From: Methanopyrus kandleri AV19
Lineage (GTDB): Archaea; JAADCQ01; Methanopyri; Methanopyrales; Methanopyraceae
DNA length: 32,000 nucleotides
Assembly: GCF_000007185.1 (NCBI RefSeq)
Contig: NC_003551.1
Location: forward strand, 1,080,001 to 1,112,000
Direction of reading: 5' to 3'
The translations under genes were made by a program, and so were the position numbers. The notes below the pieces were generated by a model. The model had not been told where the DNA came from. It made no database searches and saw only the letters and a program-made list of their open reading frames with translations. Positions 1 to 8,467 of the stretch are shown one piece after another (within the stretch, counting starts at the first letter, position 1; every line of letters starts with the position of its first letter).

Positions 1-184
1 CGTTTACCGTTCCACCGAACAGTGCGGTCTCTATCCGGCGTACCTCTCCTCGCTCCAAACACCGCCCCAGAAGCGCCCGGAGATGCCGACGCAGGTCTTC
101 CCGGAGGTCGACCACGACCGACTCGCCAGTACGGGATGTGACGGGGCTGACGGCCCGTAGCCGGACGGTTTCCGTCCCTGACAA
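1..184 (-). CDS. partial hypothetical protein (N-terminal part; continues past left edge)
   Basis: Hand translation of the minus strand. TTG at 184-182 follows an in-frame TGA and opens MSGTETVRLRAVSPVTSRTGESVVVDLREDLRRHLRALLGRCLERGEVRRIETALFGGTVN, still open at position 1. Composition is balanced. Absent from the ORF track because it is truncated. Confidence 0.25.
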   Translation of the reverse strand, partial: MSGTETVRLRAVSPVTSRTGESVVVDLREDLRRHLRALLGRCLERGEVRRIETALFGGTVN

Positions 185-369
185 CCCCCGTCACCCGATG
201 TGACGTTCCTGAAAGTAAAGGTCCCGGGACGTGGAACTGGTCTCGACCGGGTAGTATGCCGAACGCTCCTTAGCTCTTACCCTCCGCGGGCTCATGAGAG
301 GGCGTGGGGGGTAACGCCTCCGCTAACCTCTGTGACTCACGGTGGTCCTCGTAGGACTCCCTCGCCTTC

Positions 370-1089
370 TCAGCCCGTGAACGTTTCCATGATGCCCTTT
401 CGGTACCGAGTCACGAGCTCCAAGAGACCGACGTCGAACCTCCCGGCCAGCTTGCATTCCTCGGTCGGGAAGAAGATCCTGACCTTGCAGGTCACGTACC
501 GCAGATTCCTGAACGTCCGTGCTTCGGGTTTCAGTCCAGCGCGCTCGATATCCTTGCTCGTGATGGCCAGCTCGTTCTCCTCGGCCACCTCGACCAGCTT
601 CATCGGTGTCCTGGCTCCGGCGAGTAGATGGTCGGGGACGCTCCTGACGAGGTAGTACGCGAGCCCGTACGTGGCGATGGGCCCGACGAGAGTCGGCACG
701 TACATGATCCCGCCGATCCTGATCGCGTATCTGGCCCGTCCCGCGCTCTTCCTGAAGTGCCCCTGTAGGAGCTGCCGCCTCGCCCGTTCACCCGGTGTGG
801 TGAGCCAATCGTCCGGTAGTTGCTCGACGAACTCCCTGAACTCTCCCCTGGCTATCACCGGTTCCATTCCCCTGAACACACCGTGCTTGCACCATTTTTT
901 CGCCCACGTCGTCGGTGGCTTGTTCTTCAAGTCCCTGAGCCGTACGACTTCTCCGAGCGCGTTCCTGAACGCTACTTCGGCTATGCCCCACTGGCGTCTG
1001 TCGCGGGCCTCGACTAGGATCCTGAACGCCCAGCCGGCCAGCTCCGGCCGTTCCCCCGCCACCTTCTCCGCGAGTTCGGCAAGCTCCAT
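370..1089 (-). CDS. hypothetical protein (239 aa)
   Basis: Long ORF with balanced, protein-like composition (MELAELAEKVAGERPELAGWAFRILVEARDRRQWGIAEVAFRNALGEVV...). Overlapping ORFs in other frames (200-655, 671-1105, 788-1309) are S/R/P-rich low complexity. No family recognised. Confidence 0.6.
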   Translation of the reverse strand: MELAELAEKVAGERPELAGWAFRILVEARDRRQWGIAEVAFRNALGEVVRLRDLKNKPPTTWAKKWCKHGVFRGMEPVIARGEFREFVEQLPDDWLTTPGERARRQLLQGHFRKSAGRARYAIRIGGIMYVPTLVGPIATYGLAYYLVRSVPDHLLAGARTPMKLVEVAEENELAITSKDIERAGLKPEARTFRNLRYVTCKVRIFFPTEECKLAGRFDVGLLELVTRYRKGIMETFTG

Positions 1090-1109
1090 CGTAGCTCCCT
1101 CGTGAACGA

Positions 1110-2513
1110 TTGAGTGGATCCTCGGTGTACGGCCGCCCGGCGTCGATCGGAACCCTGATCACCCGAGTCGGCGAATACTGTTTCGGGGCGGGTGAGATGC
1201 TGCTGTTCTCAACCGCGATCCCGGCGGAAGTTAAGAGAGGACTCGGGGAGGCCGGGCTGCGATTCGGTACCGTCTTCGAGGTTGTCGGAGGTCTGGTCTT
1301 GCCGTACATCGCCGAGTTTAGCGAGGAATATCACGTGGTCGAAGGCTTGGCCCGGATCGATAAGGAGAAGGTGCGCAGTCAGGGGGCCGTGACCCCCGCG
1401 CTGGGAATCCCCCGAAAGAAGGTCCGAAATTACCCGCTGGAGCTCGCCCAGGTCACACTCAAGGTCAGGGATGTTCTGACCTACAAGGCGGCGGCCGCAT
1501 ACTTCGCGTGGATCGCGAGGGAGTTCGACGTCTCCGTGGCGTCGGCAGTCAGGGCGATCCTCGAGGATAGTGAGTTTCTCGAGGCCCTTGTCGAGATCCT
1601 ATGTCCGGTGAACCCGAAGGCGGCTGAGGTGCTCGCCGGGTTCCGGGGGAGGATGTGGAGAGATGAGGCTAGGTGGTTGAAGTTCGAGGAGATGGCCCGG
1701 AAGGCGCTTGAGCTCGCGGAGGAGCTCGGAGATAACAGGCTCCGAACCGCGGCCGAACTGATTCTGCGGGGCAAATCGAGCGGTCCTACGGTACCCGGCG
1801 CTCGTGGCGATCACGACGGCGTCTACGTCTACGACATCGGCAAGGTCCGCAATTTCCTCGTCGAACGGATGCTCAAGTACGGCGAAAGCTCGAGGAAGCA
1901 GCCTGACGAGGAGATCATTGAGGCACTGGTGACGGAGTACGGAGTGGACTTCGAGGACGTACACTACGCGATCGCCGTTCTCAGCGAAGGTAGGATCCCC
2001 GCAGGGCCGCTCCGTACCGACGCCAGGGTACTGCTGGACAACGTCGCCGGGTTTCCGGGGAAGGTGGAGCGTGACGTGCCGGCGCCTTGGATGAGGAAGT
2101 CGTACGGGGCCTGGTTCTCGGACCTACGTCGCCTCGTACCCGTGACCGAGGAGAATTTCAACGATGTGATGCGGGCTAAGGGGTACGGGATATCCCTCGA
2201 GGATGTCGAGGAGGACTCGGAGTGGTACCTCGGGAAGACCGTGGGTAAGGTCCTACTCGGAGAGGATGCGAAAGTGCCACCGGAGGCCAGGGAGATCACA
2301 CAGACCGAGAACGTCAAGTTCGTGAACGCGGCGCTGAGGCCTAGACACGCGTTGAGTCGAGAGGAGGTGGAAGAGATCCGGGAGGTGCTGGGGAGTGTGG
2401 AGACCGACGTTCCAGTACCGATAGAGGGTATCGTGGTGGAAAAGGCGTTGACGGAGTTCGGGAAGCTCCCCATGCCGGAAGATATCTCCGCTGCCATCTC
2501 CCGTGGGGATTAG
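1110..2513 (+). CDS. hypothetical acidic protein (467 aa; alternative start ATG 1197)
   Basis: Long ORF, E/D/R/L/V-rich and helical-looking. Antisense ORFs (1481-1774, 1599-1964, 1964-2497) are S/R/P-rich. The first start is only 20 nt from the divergent gene start at 1089, so ATG 1197 (MLLFSTAIP) is plausible. No family recognised. Confidence 0.65.
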   Translation: MSGSSVYGRPASIGTLITRVGEYCFGAGEMLLFSTAIPAEVKRGLGEAGLRFGTVFEVVGGLVLPYIAEFSEEYHVVEGLARIDKEKVRSQGAVTPALGIPRKKVRNYPLELAQVTLKVRDVLTYKAAAAYFAWIAREFDVSVASAVRAILEDSEFLEALVEILCPVNPKAAEVLAGFRGRMWRDEARWLKFEEMARKALELAEELGDNRLRTAAELILRGKSSGPTVPGARGDHDGVYVYDIGKVRNFLVERMLKYGESSRKQPDEEIIEALVTEYGVDFEDVHYAIAVLSEGRIPAGPLRTDARVLLDNVAGFPGKVERDVPAPWMRKSYGAWFSDLRRLVPVTEENFNDVMRAKGYGISLEDVEEDSEWYLGKTVGKVLLGEDAKVPPEAREITQTENVKFVNAALRPRHALSREEVEEIREVLGSVETDVPVPIEGIVVEKALTEFGKLPMPEDISAAISRGD

Positions 2514-2634
2514 AGACTCCGGTGACATCACACGAGGTCCCTCAAAACGTTTCGGATATTGTGACGATTCGAGCGTCGGAGGGTTCGGATGGTGAGGAAC
2601 GTCGGGCTACGTACGATCTTATATCATGAGCGAG

Positions 2635-4164
2635 CTAGCGACAGAACGGGTGTGACGGGCCCTCCCTGGAGCAGCGATGTCTCCGACCGAAGGGATTACG
2701 TCGCTTCCACCAGAGTGGGGCAGGCAGCACCGGCAGCCCACGTTTCGATTTCTGCTTTTTCAGCCCCTGAAACTCCCGTTCGAGTGACTCGAGCCGACGT
2801 TCGAGATCCTGTTGTCTCCGCGAGAGGTCCTCGAGACCCTGTTCCAGCCGATTGATCTCCCGCTCGAGCGATTCGACCCGACTCTGCTGTACCATCGAAC
2901 CCACCAGCTCGGCGTGCAGTGTCAGTATCTCCCGGTAGACAGTGCTGAGGGCTTTCCGCTCTTCGAGGAGGGACCAACGGGCCGAGCTCGGGTCCCAGTA
3001 CTCCAGAACGTTCTCGAGAAGTGCTTCGTTCCAAACCCGCTCCACGGCACGGTACAGGTCCTTTCGGATGGAATCATCGATGACACCGTTCACGGTGAGG
3101 TCCCAGAGGGCGGAGTCTAAGGCCCGCCACCGTGACATCGTGTCCAGCCACTCCCGCACGATCTTCGACTTGTCCGGGTACAGGTCGATGAGCTCCCACC
3201 AATGGTGGTAATCGGCCGCGTGTAAGATGCTGGAGTAATCGGGCTCCGGTAGTGCGACGAGCCCCAGATTGGTTCCCCCTGAGGATATCATGTTAACTAC
3301 CTCGCGAGGGTCGCTGAGTTCGAACGTTACCGTGACTCCCTGGTACTCGAAGTCGAAGGATCCATTCCCGACCTCCGAAAGGAAGTTCTCGAACTCCTGC
3401 CGGACGTCGGCGTCCGCGAGTTCCCATGGATGGATGAGTACCCATGGGGCAAGGTGTACGTCGCCGGTGACGTTTATGACACCGCTATCTATGAGGTTTC
3501 TCACGGCGTTCTGGAGGAGCTCTCGAACCGTCGTCCCACGATCCTCGGCCGCTTGCACCAGGTCCGAGACGTAGCTCAAGGCGGGTATGTAGTACAGTCG
3601 GTCCCCACGGACGTTGAAATACCCCACTAGCATATGTCTGGCTATGGGATCCAGTCGGTCCCATGTTGGATCGTAATCGGGATTGATCGCCGTGATGTCG
3701 GTGCCACAGACTATCACCCGCACCCCGAGTTTATCGCAGGCGTACAGGGTGTTGGCGTCGAACACCCACGAAGGGACGGATAGGACCTGGGCGACGTTGC
3801 TCCCCACTCGGTCCCTGAGGAATTGCAGGTTGAACTCGAGCTCCCAGTACTGAAGGCTGAGGGGAAGACCCCCTAAGGCGTGGGATGTCGAGTGTAGTCC
3901 GACCAGACTGATCGTGCCCCGCTCGGCGTACTCTCGGATCAAGTCCGTGATACCCGGCGCCGTCTCCTCACAGACGTTGTAGTGGAATACTGCGACTTTG
4001 ATGCCACGCTCTTCGCACCATGAGAGGAACTCCTTCAGTGCGGCGACGTGGTCCTGGGACCACGCGTCACTATCGAGGTAGGGGACTACGTGCACGTATA
4101 CGGTCGCGGCGGAAGCCGAAGGTGGCAGCGGCAGGATACCAATCAACACCAACGAAAGTAGCAC
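2635..4164 (-). CDS. secreted protein with NodB-like (polysaccharide deacetylase / glycoside-hydrolase-deacetylase fold) N-terminal region and C-terminal coiled coil
   Basis: N-terminal signal-like segment MLLSLVLIGILPLPPSASA. About 330 aa are paralogous to ORF 8392-10149 (VHVVPYLDSDAWSQDHVAALKEFLSWCEERGIKVAVFHY vs VHITVYNDSDAYSEDQVKAYEDFLTWCEENGVKVAVFHY; VLIHPWEL vs VLIHPWQL). DSD and HSTSH motifs resemble the NodB Asp plus His-His site. Heptad-like ESLEREINRLEQGLEDLSRRQQDLERRLESLEREF. Tail GLPVLPAPLWWKRR. Confidence 0.75.
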   Translation of the reverse strand: MLLSLVLIGILPLPPSASAATVYVHVVPYLDSDAWSQDHVAALKEFLSWCEERGIKVAVFHYNVCEETAPGITDLIREYAERGTISLVGLHSTSHALGGLPLSLQYWELEFNLQFLRDRVGSNVAQVLSVPSWVFDANTLYACDKLGVRVIVCGTDITAINPDYDPTWDRLDPIARHMLVGYFNVRGDRLYYIPALSYVSDLVQAAEDRGTTVRELLQNAVRNLIDSGVINVTGDVHLAPWVLIHPWELADADVRQEFENFLSEVGNGSFDFEYQGVTVTFELSDPREVVNMISSGGTNLGLVALPEPDYSSILHAADYHHWWELIDLYPDKSKIVREWLDTMSRWRALDSALWDLTVNGVIDDSIRKDLYRAVERVWNEALLENVLEYWDPSSARWSLLEERKALSTVYREILTLHAELVGSMVQQSRVESLEREINRLEQGLEDLSRRQQDLERRLESLEREFQGLKKQKSKRGLPVLPAPLWWKRRNPFGRRHRCSREGPSHPFCR

Positions 4165-4292
4165 CGCCGGACCCCCGGTGCATATCCCGGGCTTGGAGTT
4201 AGCATATGTGGTCTAAAGTTGGGTTCTATGTAGATTTTGTGGGGTTATAGGTTCTGTGATGTTTCCCCAAACCGCACAACTCACCGTTCGAG

Positions 4293-4305
4293 TTTAAAAA
4301 GTATG
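4293..4305 (-). promoter_or_regulatory. TATA-like box upstream of the 2635-4164 gene
   Basis: The minus strand reads CATACTTTTTAAACTCG inside one of the few AT-rich islands, about 130 nt upstream of the start at 4164. The same AAGTAT/TTTAAA core recurs at other putative promoters (23763-23785, 24125-24134, 26745-26754). Confidence 0.35.
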
Positions 4306-4373
4306 GAGGCGTTGGGGGATCGCGGCGGCCTCTTCACGCCCTACGTGACGGGAGGCCCGGACCACGCGAGGTT

Positions 4374-4985
4374 TCACCCACACCTGCGTACGCACGACAC
4401 CAGCGCAGGCAGCAGGAAAGCCGGTCGAAACCTCCGATCCCAGTCGTGTGCGGCCCAGTCAGTGTACTCGTAGTAAGTCGTACCCTCGATCCAGCGTACG
4501 CTCACGATCGACTCGCGGGCGGTTTCGAAGGGGATTTCGAGGACGACGGGGCCCCTGTACCGGCGGATCCGGACGCACCCACCGAGGAGTACGTGCGCGC
4601 CCTCGGGTAGGGGGCCGCCCTCCAGGAAGGTCGAGCCCTCGGTTACCGGAATTCCCTCCGGATCGGGTACCAACAGGAGTACTTCCGCGGACTTCGGGCA
4701 CTGAACGTGGAGGAGCCCTCCGCTCCACCGAACTCGAACATCGTCGAGCCGTCGGAGGGATCCGAAGCGGGTACTGGTTTCCTCCATCGTCTCCCGCCAA
4801 CGATCACCCTCGCGGACGAACACTGCCCCCTCATCCAGTTCGGGCGTGGTGAGGACGACCCTCGTGACGTCCCACTGGGTGCCGACGACCGTGTGCACGT
4901 CTGGGGTGAGGTACATCGAGCCACCGTCGACGAGTCCTGCGACCGGAGAGAGTACGGTCAGGAGGAATGTGAGTAGTTCGTGCAA
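4374..4985 (-). CDS. small secreted hypothetical protein (about 203 aa from TTG 4985; track ORF extends to 5123)
   Basis: The track ORF's first 46 codons are R/S/P-rich. In-frame TTG at 4985 gives MHELLTFLLTVLSPVAGLVDGGS, a signal-like N-terminus. The beta-rich body is followed by the tail RPAFLLPALVSCVRRCG. Antisense ORFs are R/G/P-rich. Confidence 0.5.
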   Translation of the reverse strand: MHELLTFLLTVLSPVAGLVDGGSMYLTPDVHTVVGTQWDVTRVVLTTPELDEGAVFVREGDRWRETMEETSTRFGSLRRLDDVRVRWSGGLLHVQCPKSAEVLLLVPDPEGIPVTEGSTFLEGGPLPEGAHVLLGGCVRIRRYRGPVVLEIPFETARESIVSVRWIEGTTYYEYTDWAAHDWDRRFRPAFLLPALVSCVRRCG

Positions 4986-5322
4986 TTCGACCCTTCCCTT
5001 CACCGGATTCCAGGAGTTGGTGGATCGGGATCGTACCCACCGGGCTTTCTCACGCGCTCTCGACGGTTCACACGGGTTCCTGGCGGTCGAATTCGGAACG
5101 CGTTCGTCGACATCCATCGGCATCGGATCTCGGGAACGTCCCTCGAGACCGGTCGTAACGGCAGCTCGGAGATCGAGGATGACAACGGGTTCGACCCTCG
5201 GGACGTGCGGGTTACCGTGGGTGTAACCGGTGGGATCTACGTCTGCGATGCGAAGGACGGTCCGACAGTCCGCATGCCCTGTCCGAAAGGTTACGATCCT
5301 TGTAACATTTCCTGGAAAGAAG

Positions 5323-6447
5323 TCAGGGCGAGAGTCCTTTGCGGCATAGTAACAGGCCGGTCGTGGCCGCTAGCACCGCCAGGATCGGTAGCAGCGGTGG
5401 TGTTCCGGTGGAGTGCTCCCCGACGCACACGCCGGAGGTTCCCGTCCTTACCGGCCTTCCGGTAGCTCCGCCGACCGAACTCCCGGCCGATACACGCGTC
5501 GTTGGACCTCCCTTGACCGCGGCGAAGTGGGCCTCGATGGTCTCGGAGGGTGTCGACTCGGTGATTGTCGTGATTGTCGGCGTCTCTTCACCGCCGGAGG
5601 GTGATTCGATGACCTCCTGTTGGGTTTCCCGTTGAGCCTCGGACGTTTCCTGCGGGGACCCAGGGTTCACCGACTGAACCGTCGATCCTGTGGGTCCGGG
5701 TGAGAAGGTCCCCTCCGCGTGCGAGGTCAGGTACTGGGTCGTCAGGTACGCGATCAGCGGCAGTGCCAGCACGGCCGTCGGTAGTAACTTCGGCAGTAGT
5801 TCGGTCAGCGACGATCCCGACTCAGTGGGCCACAGCGCATCCCAGATCTTGAGCTGAGCGTCCCATGAGAAGTACCTTGTCCACTCGACGTTGGAGTCCA
5901 GGATCCGTACCGCTCGGCGGACAGTGGTCGGCGTTATCCTGACGTACTTGACCCACTCCGGCTCGCACACTCCCGTCGCCAGGACCTGCTCGATCTTGTC
6001 CGGCTTCACCGCGATCGCGAGCTTGGACGATAGTCCCTCCCAGGTGGGCACCACGAGGGACTCCGGGCCGTTCCATCCCGGCACGGCCGATCCGGGACTC
6101 AGGCAGTATCCGATGGTGTCGACGGGTCGCGTGACCGTCAGCGTGTCGCCCTCTACTCGGACACCGTCCTTCGGGAGCGGTACCAGCAGTGGCTGCTCCT
6201 CGTAGGTCTCGCCGCTCGATTTCGCGTCCCCCTCGGTGATCATCACTACGTACACGGCGTGCTCACCCACGACCACCGGATGTTCTTTCAGGTCCAGCGT
6301 CGCACCTTCCTCTGCCACGACGTGGACCCTGAGGTTCTCGAGCATCTCCTCGGGAGTAGCGCCGTTGGTGGTCGCTTTGCCCGTGATGGCGCTTGCCGAG
6401 TTCGCGACCATCGCAACTGCTACTATCGCCATCACGAGGACTCGCAT
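5323..6447 (-). CDS. secreted, C-terminally anchored surface protein (374 aa)
   Basis: Signal-like MRVLVMAIVAVAMVANSASA. Globular region, then a hydrophobic segment LLPKLLPTAVLALPLIAYL, then a T/S/E/P-rich linker (PQETSEAQRETQQEVIESPSGGEETPTITTITESTPSET). C-terminal tail GTPPLLPILAVLAATTGLLLCRKG. Confidence 0.7.
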   Translation of the reverse strand: MRVLVMAIVAVAMVANSASAITGKATTNGATPEEMLENLRVHVVAEEGATLDLKEHPVVVGEHAVYVVMITEGDAKSSGETYEEQPLLVPLPKDGVRVEGDTLTVTRPVDTIGYCLSPGSAVPGWNGPESLVVPTWEGLSSKLAIAVKPDKIEQVLATGVCEPEWVKYVRITPTTVRRAVRILDSNVEWTRYFSWDAQLKIWDALWPTESGSSLTELLPKLLPTAVLALPLIAYLTTQYLTSHAEGTFSPGPTGSTVQSVNPGSPQETSEAQRETQQEVIESPSGGEETPTITTITESTPSETIEAHFAAVKGGPTTRVSAGSSVGGATGRPVRTGTSGVCVGEHSTGTPPLLPILAVLAATTGLLLCRKGLSP

Positions 6448-6529
6448 TCCGGGTTTTCACCCCCTCCGTCGCCGTCCGGCTCGACGCCTCCATCGGGTCG
6501 AAAGAAGTCGGAGACGTGAAGGAGAAGCG

Positions 6530-8467
6530 TTAGCGGCGACGACGGCGTACGATCGGGATCACCGGTAAGATCGGAGCGTGACCGGTACCCTCCCGTAAGT
6601 GCGGCTTCTCCGCGCCGCCCAAGATCACGAATTTCTTGGGAAACAGCCGCCCCCGCTCGTCCACGGTCAGGTACACCTTCCTACCGTTCTGCAACGTGAC
6701 CTCGAGGGTGGTCGGGGTCACACGGTTCACGGACTTGACATTGAGGGGGAGCTTCACGGTACGGACGGTCCCGTCCTCGGTAGTCACTCGGAGGGTTCCG
6801 TCCTCGAACACGTCGATCAGGAACGACCTCCCGGCCGTGGTCAGTTCTACGGTGGCTATCCGGGCTTCCATTTCGGCCGACGTCGGTCGGCCCCGCTGTA
6901 GGGCGCTTTGTGTTTCCTCCAACCGTTCCCGTTCCTCGCTTCTCCCTCCGGTCCTTCCTCCGCTCCCCTTCTCCTCCACCACGTTCTCCTCAGCTCTCCC
7001 CTGGAGCTTCTCGGGCGGGAATACCCGGTCAGACGATGATGACTCGGTAGTGGGTTGGGTCGTCGGTCTACCCTCACGCTGCTCCTGGAGCCGGTTCGCC
7101 GACCGGATCGTCTGACCCCGCTGCTCCTCGGTAGCGGATCGCGCGCCGGACTGGGTATGGAATTCGCCCTCGGTCCTACCCTCCGCGCTCGACTGCGGGG
7201 AGTGGGGTTGATACCGTGGGAGCTTGACGGTCACGTCCGTCCCGGCGGTCGCGCTGAACGACGTGCCGGTGTCCGCATCCCGACAGTGTACGGTCACGAG
7301 AACCCTGTACGTGCCCTCTCGGCCCACCTCGAACGTTACCGACCCGCTCGGATCCGCGAGTGTTTTCCTGCCTACCACGTTACCACTCTCGTCGCAGAGG
7401 AAGATTTCCACACTGTCAACCTCGGCGCGGTCGACGTTCACGCGGTACTCGACACTCAGCGTCGCGCTTTCCGGCGTGGGTCGTGCGTCCACGTCCACCC
7501 TGACACTCGGTAAGACAACTGCTACCGCATCGGTGGTTAGCTTCGACACAACGGATTCCGTCACCGAGTCTATTGAACACTGTAGTGTCATGACGGCGTA
7601 GTACGAGCCACTTCTAGTTACCGTGAACGTTACTGAACCCGTCTTAGGCGGATTATTGACGACTTTCCGATCCATGAGATTGCCGTTCTCATCGTAGAGT
7701 GCTATCTCAAGTAGCTCCGGAGTGCAAGCTGTTGTATTTATCTCGTAGTAGGCACTCAGTACCGCGTTCTTAGGCGTCTTCTTAACAAGAGATAACGCAC
7801 CGTTCACACTCGCCCGCGGTATCTGAACGGTCACGCCGGTTTCGGTAGTGGTGCTGAACTGTGTACCGGTGTCGGCGTCCCGGCAACGTGCGGTTATAAG
7901 GACCTTATACGTACCGTCTTTATCCACATCGAACGTTACCGAGCCGCTCAGGTCCGAGACTTCCTTCTTCCCTACCACATAGCCATCCTCGTCGTACAGG
8001 ACCACCTCGACACCGTCCACCTCAGCGTGACTGGCGTCAACGTCGTAATCCACCCTCAACGTCGCGCCTTCCGGTCCGGGTTGCACGTCCGTGCTTGCCC
8101 GTATACGAACGCTCGGCAGTACGATCTCCATCACATCGGTGCTCAGCTCCGAGGCCACGGATTCGGTCGTCAGACCGCTCGAGCACTGCAGTACTAGGAC
8201 GGCGCGGTACGAGCCACTTCCCGTCACCTTGAACCTCACCGAGCCGGTCTCGGGCGGATCCTCGATCGTCTCCTGGCTCACGATCTCACCACTCTGATCG
8301 TAGAGGGTGATCACGAGCCGTTCCGGAGTGCAGGCTACCGTGTGCGTCTCGTACCGGACCTCCAGTGTGGCGCCTTCCGGAGTCTTCTCGATTAGGGATA
8401 GCGTGCCGCTGACACTCGCTCGCGGTACCGGATCGGAAGGCTCAGGTCGATCTGGAATTGGTCCCAT
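6530..8467 (-). CDS. surface protein with four beta-sandwich (Ig-like) modules, polar linker and C-terminal tail (645 aa); probably continuous with the upstream ORF
   Basis: aa 15-216 and 217-418 are a tandem duplication (PRASVSGTLSLIEKTPEGATLEVRYETHTVACTPE... vs PRASVNGALSLVKKTPKNAVLSAYYEINTTACTPE...). No signal peptide at its own N-terminus. R/E/Q/S/T-rich linker. Tail HAPILPVIPIVRRRRR. Confidence 0.75.
   Translation of the reverse strand: MGPIPDRPEPSDPVPRASVSGTLSLIEKTPEGATLEVRYETHTVACTPERLVITLYDQSGEIVSQETIEDPPETGSVRFKVTGSGSYRAVLVLQCSSGLTTESVASELSTDVMEIVLPSVRIRASTDVQPGPEGATLRVDYDVDASHAEVDGVEVVLYDEDGYVVGKKEVSDLSGSVTFDVDKDGTYKVLITARCRDADTGTQFSTTTETGVTVQIPRASVNGALSLVKKTPKNAVLSAYYEINTTACTPELLEIALYDENGNLMDRKVVNNPPKTGSVTFTVTRSGSYYAVMTLQCSIDSVTESVVSKLTTDAVAVVLPSVRVDVDARPTPESATLSVEYRVNVDRAEVDSVEIFLCDESGNVVGRKTLADPSGSVTFEVGREGTYRVLVTVHCRDADTGTSFSATAGTDVTVKLPRYQPHSPQSSAEGRTEGEFHTQSGARSATEEQRGQTIRSANRLQEQREGRPTTQPTTESSSSDRVFPPEKLQGRAEENVVEEKGSGGRTGGRSEERERLEETQSALQRGRPTSAEMEARIATVELTTAGRSFLIDVFEDGTLRVTTEDGTVRTVKLPLNVKSVNRVTPTTLEVTLQNGRKVYLTVDERGRLFPKKFVILGGAEKPHLREGTGHAPILPVIPIVRRRRR
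7214..8425. repeat. intragenic tandem duplication, 2 x 606 bp (2 x 202 codons)
   Basis: PRASV(S/N)G recurs at aa 15 and aa 217 of ORF 6530-8467, and module-by-module similarity runs through both copies (copy 1 = 7820-8425, copy 2 = 7214-7819). Each copy holds an A module (ACTPE...LQCS) and a B module (L(Y/C)DE(D/S)G..V(V)G(K/R)K...SGSVTF(D/E)V...GTY(K/R)VL(I/V)T..CRDADTGT). Confidence 0.85.

Noticed and set aside
4237-4473. 78-aa plus ORF beginning next to TTTAAAAAGTATGGAGG
   Set aside because: The TATA-like box abuts the ATG, leaving no room for initiation. The ORF is antisense to the 4374 gene. The box is better explained as the minus-strand promoter of the 2635-4164 gene.
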